Below, piece by piece: positions 63,607 through 64,000 of a DNA stretch of 64,000 nt. The DNA is from Narcine bancroftii (lineage: Eukaryota), in contig NC_091473.1 in NCBI RefSeq assembly GCF_036971445.1, positions 89,280,001 to 89,344,000 on the forward strand, given 5' to 3'. The notes below the pieces were generated by a model that worked only from the letters and a program-made list of their open reading frames with translations, did not search any database and was not told where the DNA came from. The translations under genes and the position numbers were made by a program. Positions within the stretch are counted from its first letter, which is position 1; the number at the start of each line of letters is the position of its first letter.

Positions 63607-64000
63607 AAATGGTATCGGGCCTTAATCCTGATCAGAAGATTGTTAAAAGACGATTTAGAAGTGTGCATGTTCAGATCCTTACTCCAATGAGTCAACATTA
63701 GATCATATCACTATAAGAGCATAACAAGAGATTCAGGGAGGATATTTATTGGGAATATAAAAGGGGAAAATAGGACTGAGTTCTGAAAACTTGCAAAGAC
63801 CCAATAGACTGACTAGCTTCATTGTCTCATTAAAAATTTAGAATGAGTAGATCCTTACCTATTTTACATGAGGTAAGGATATTGAATTAGCTTTTACCTT
63901 GCAGTAGTCTTCCTTTGTTCCAGATTTATACAACATTGCTAAATACTGTCTCAGGTAGCCAAAAAGATGTTAGATGGAATATAAATTCCAAGAACTAAAT

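Noticed and set aside
598-63698. Most remaining short ORFs in the supplied track
   Set aside because: They are antisense or off-frame readings of repeats, or chance ORFs in AT-rich intron, with no splice-compatible structure.

Overview
AT-rich, repeat-dense eukaryotic genomic DNA, most likely from a cartilaginous fish (ray or shark); this is inferred from HE1/V-SINE-type SINEs plus CR1, Rex1/Babar, RTE, L1, Penelope and Tc1 content. The whole window lies inside one + strand gene, the 3' half of PDE4DIP (myomegalin). I can chain 14 GT-AG exons from 3157 to 62728 (about 2365 nt, about 788 codons) in one open frame with matching intron phases; the start and stop lie outside the window. A 15th in-frame exon (24655-24792) sits inside the 25-kb intron that splits the Olduvai/DUF1220-precursor exon doublet, and could be a cassette or an alternative first exon from ATG 24575. 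The introns are mostly nested, decayed transposons. The most interesting structures are that extra exon, an inverted RTE pair bracketing a weak-donor exon, several decayed Penelope-type hammerhead ribozyme motifs, and a ~335-bp foldback inside a Harbinger-like element. All identifications are by eye from remembered motifs; no database search was run, and repeat boundaries without TSDs are approximate.
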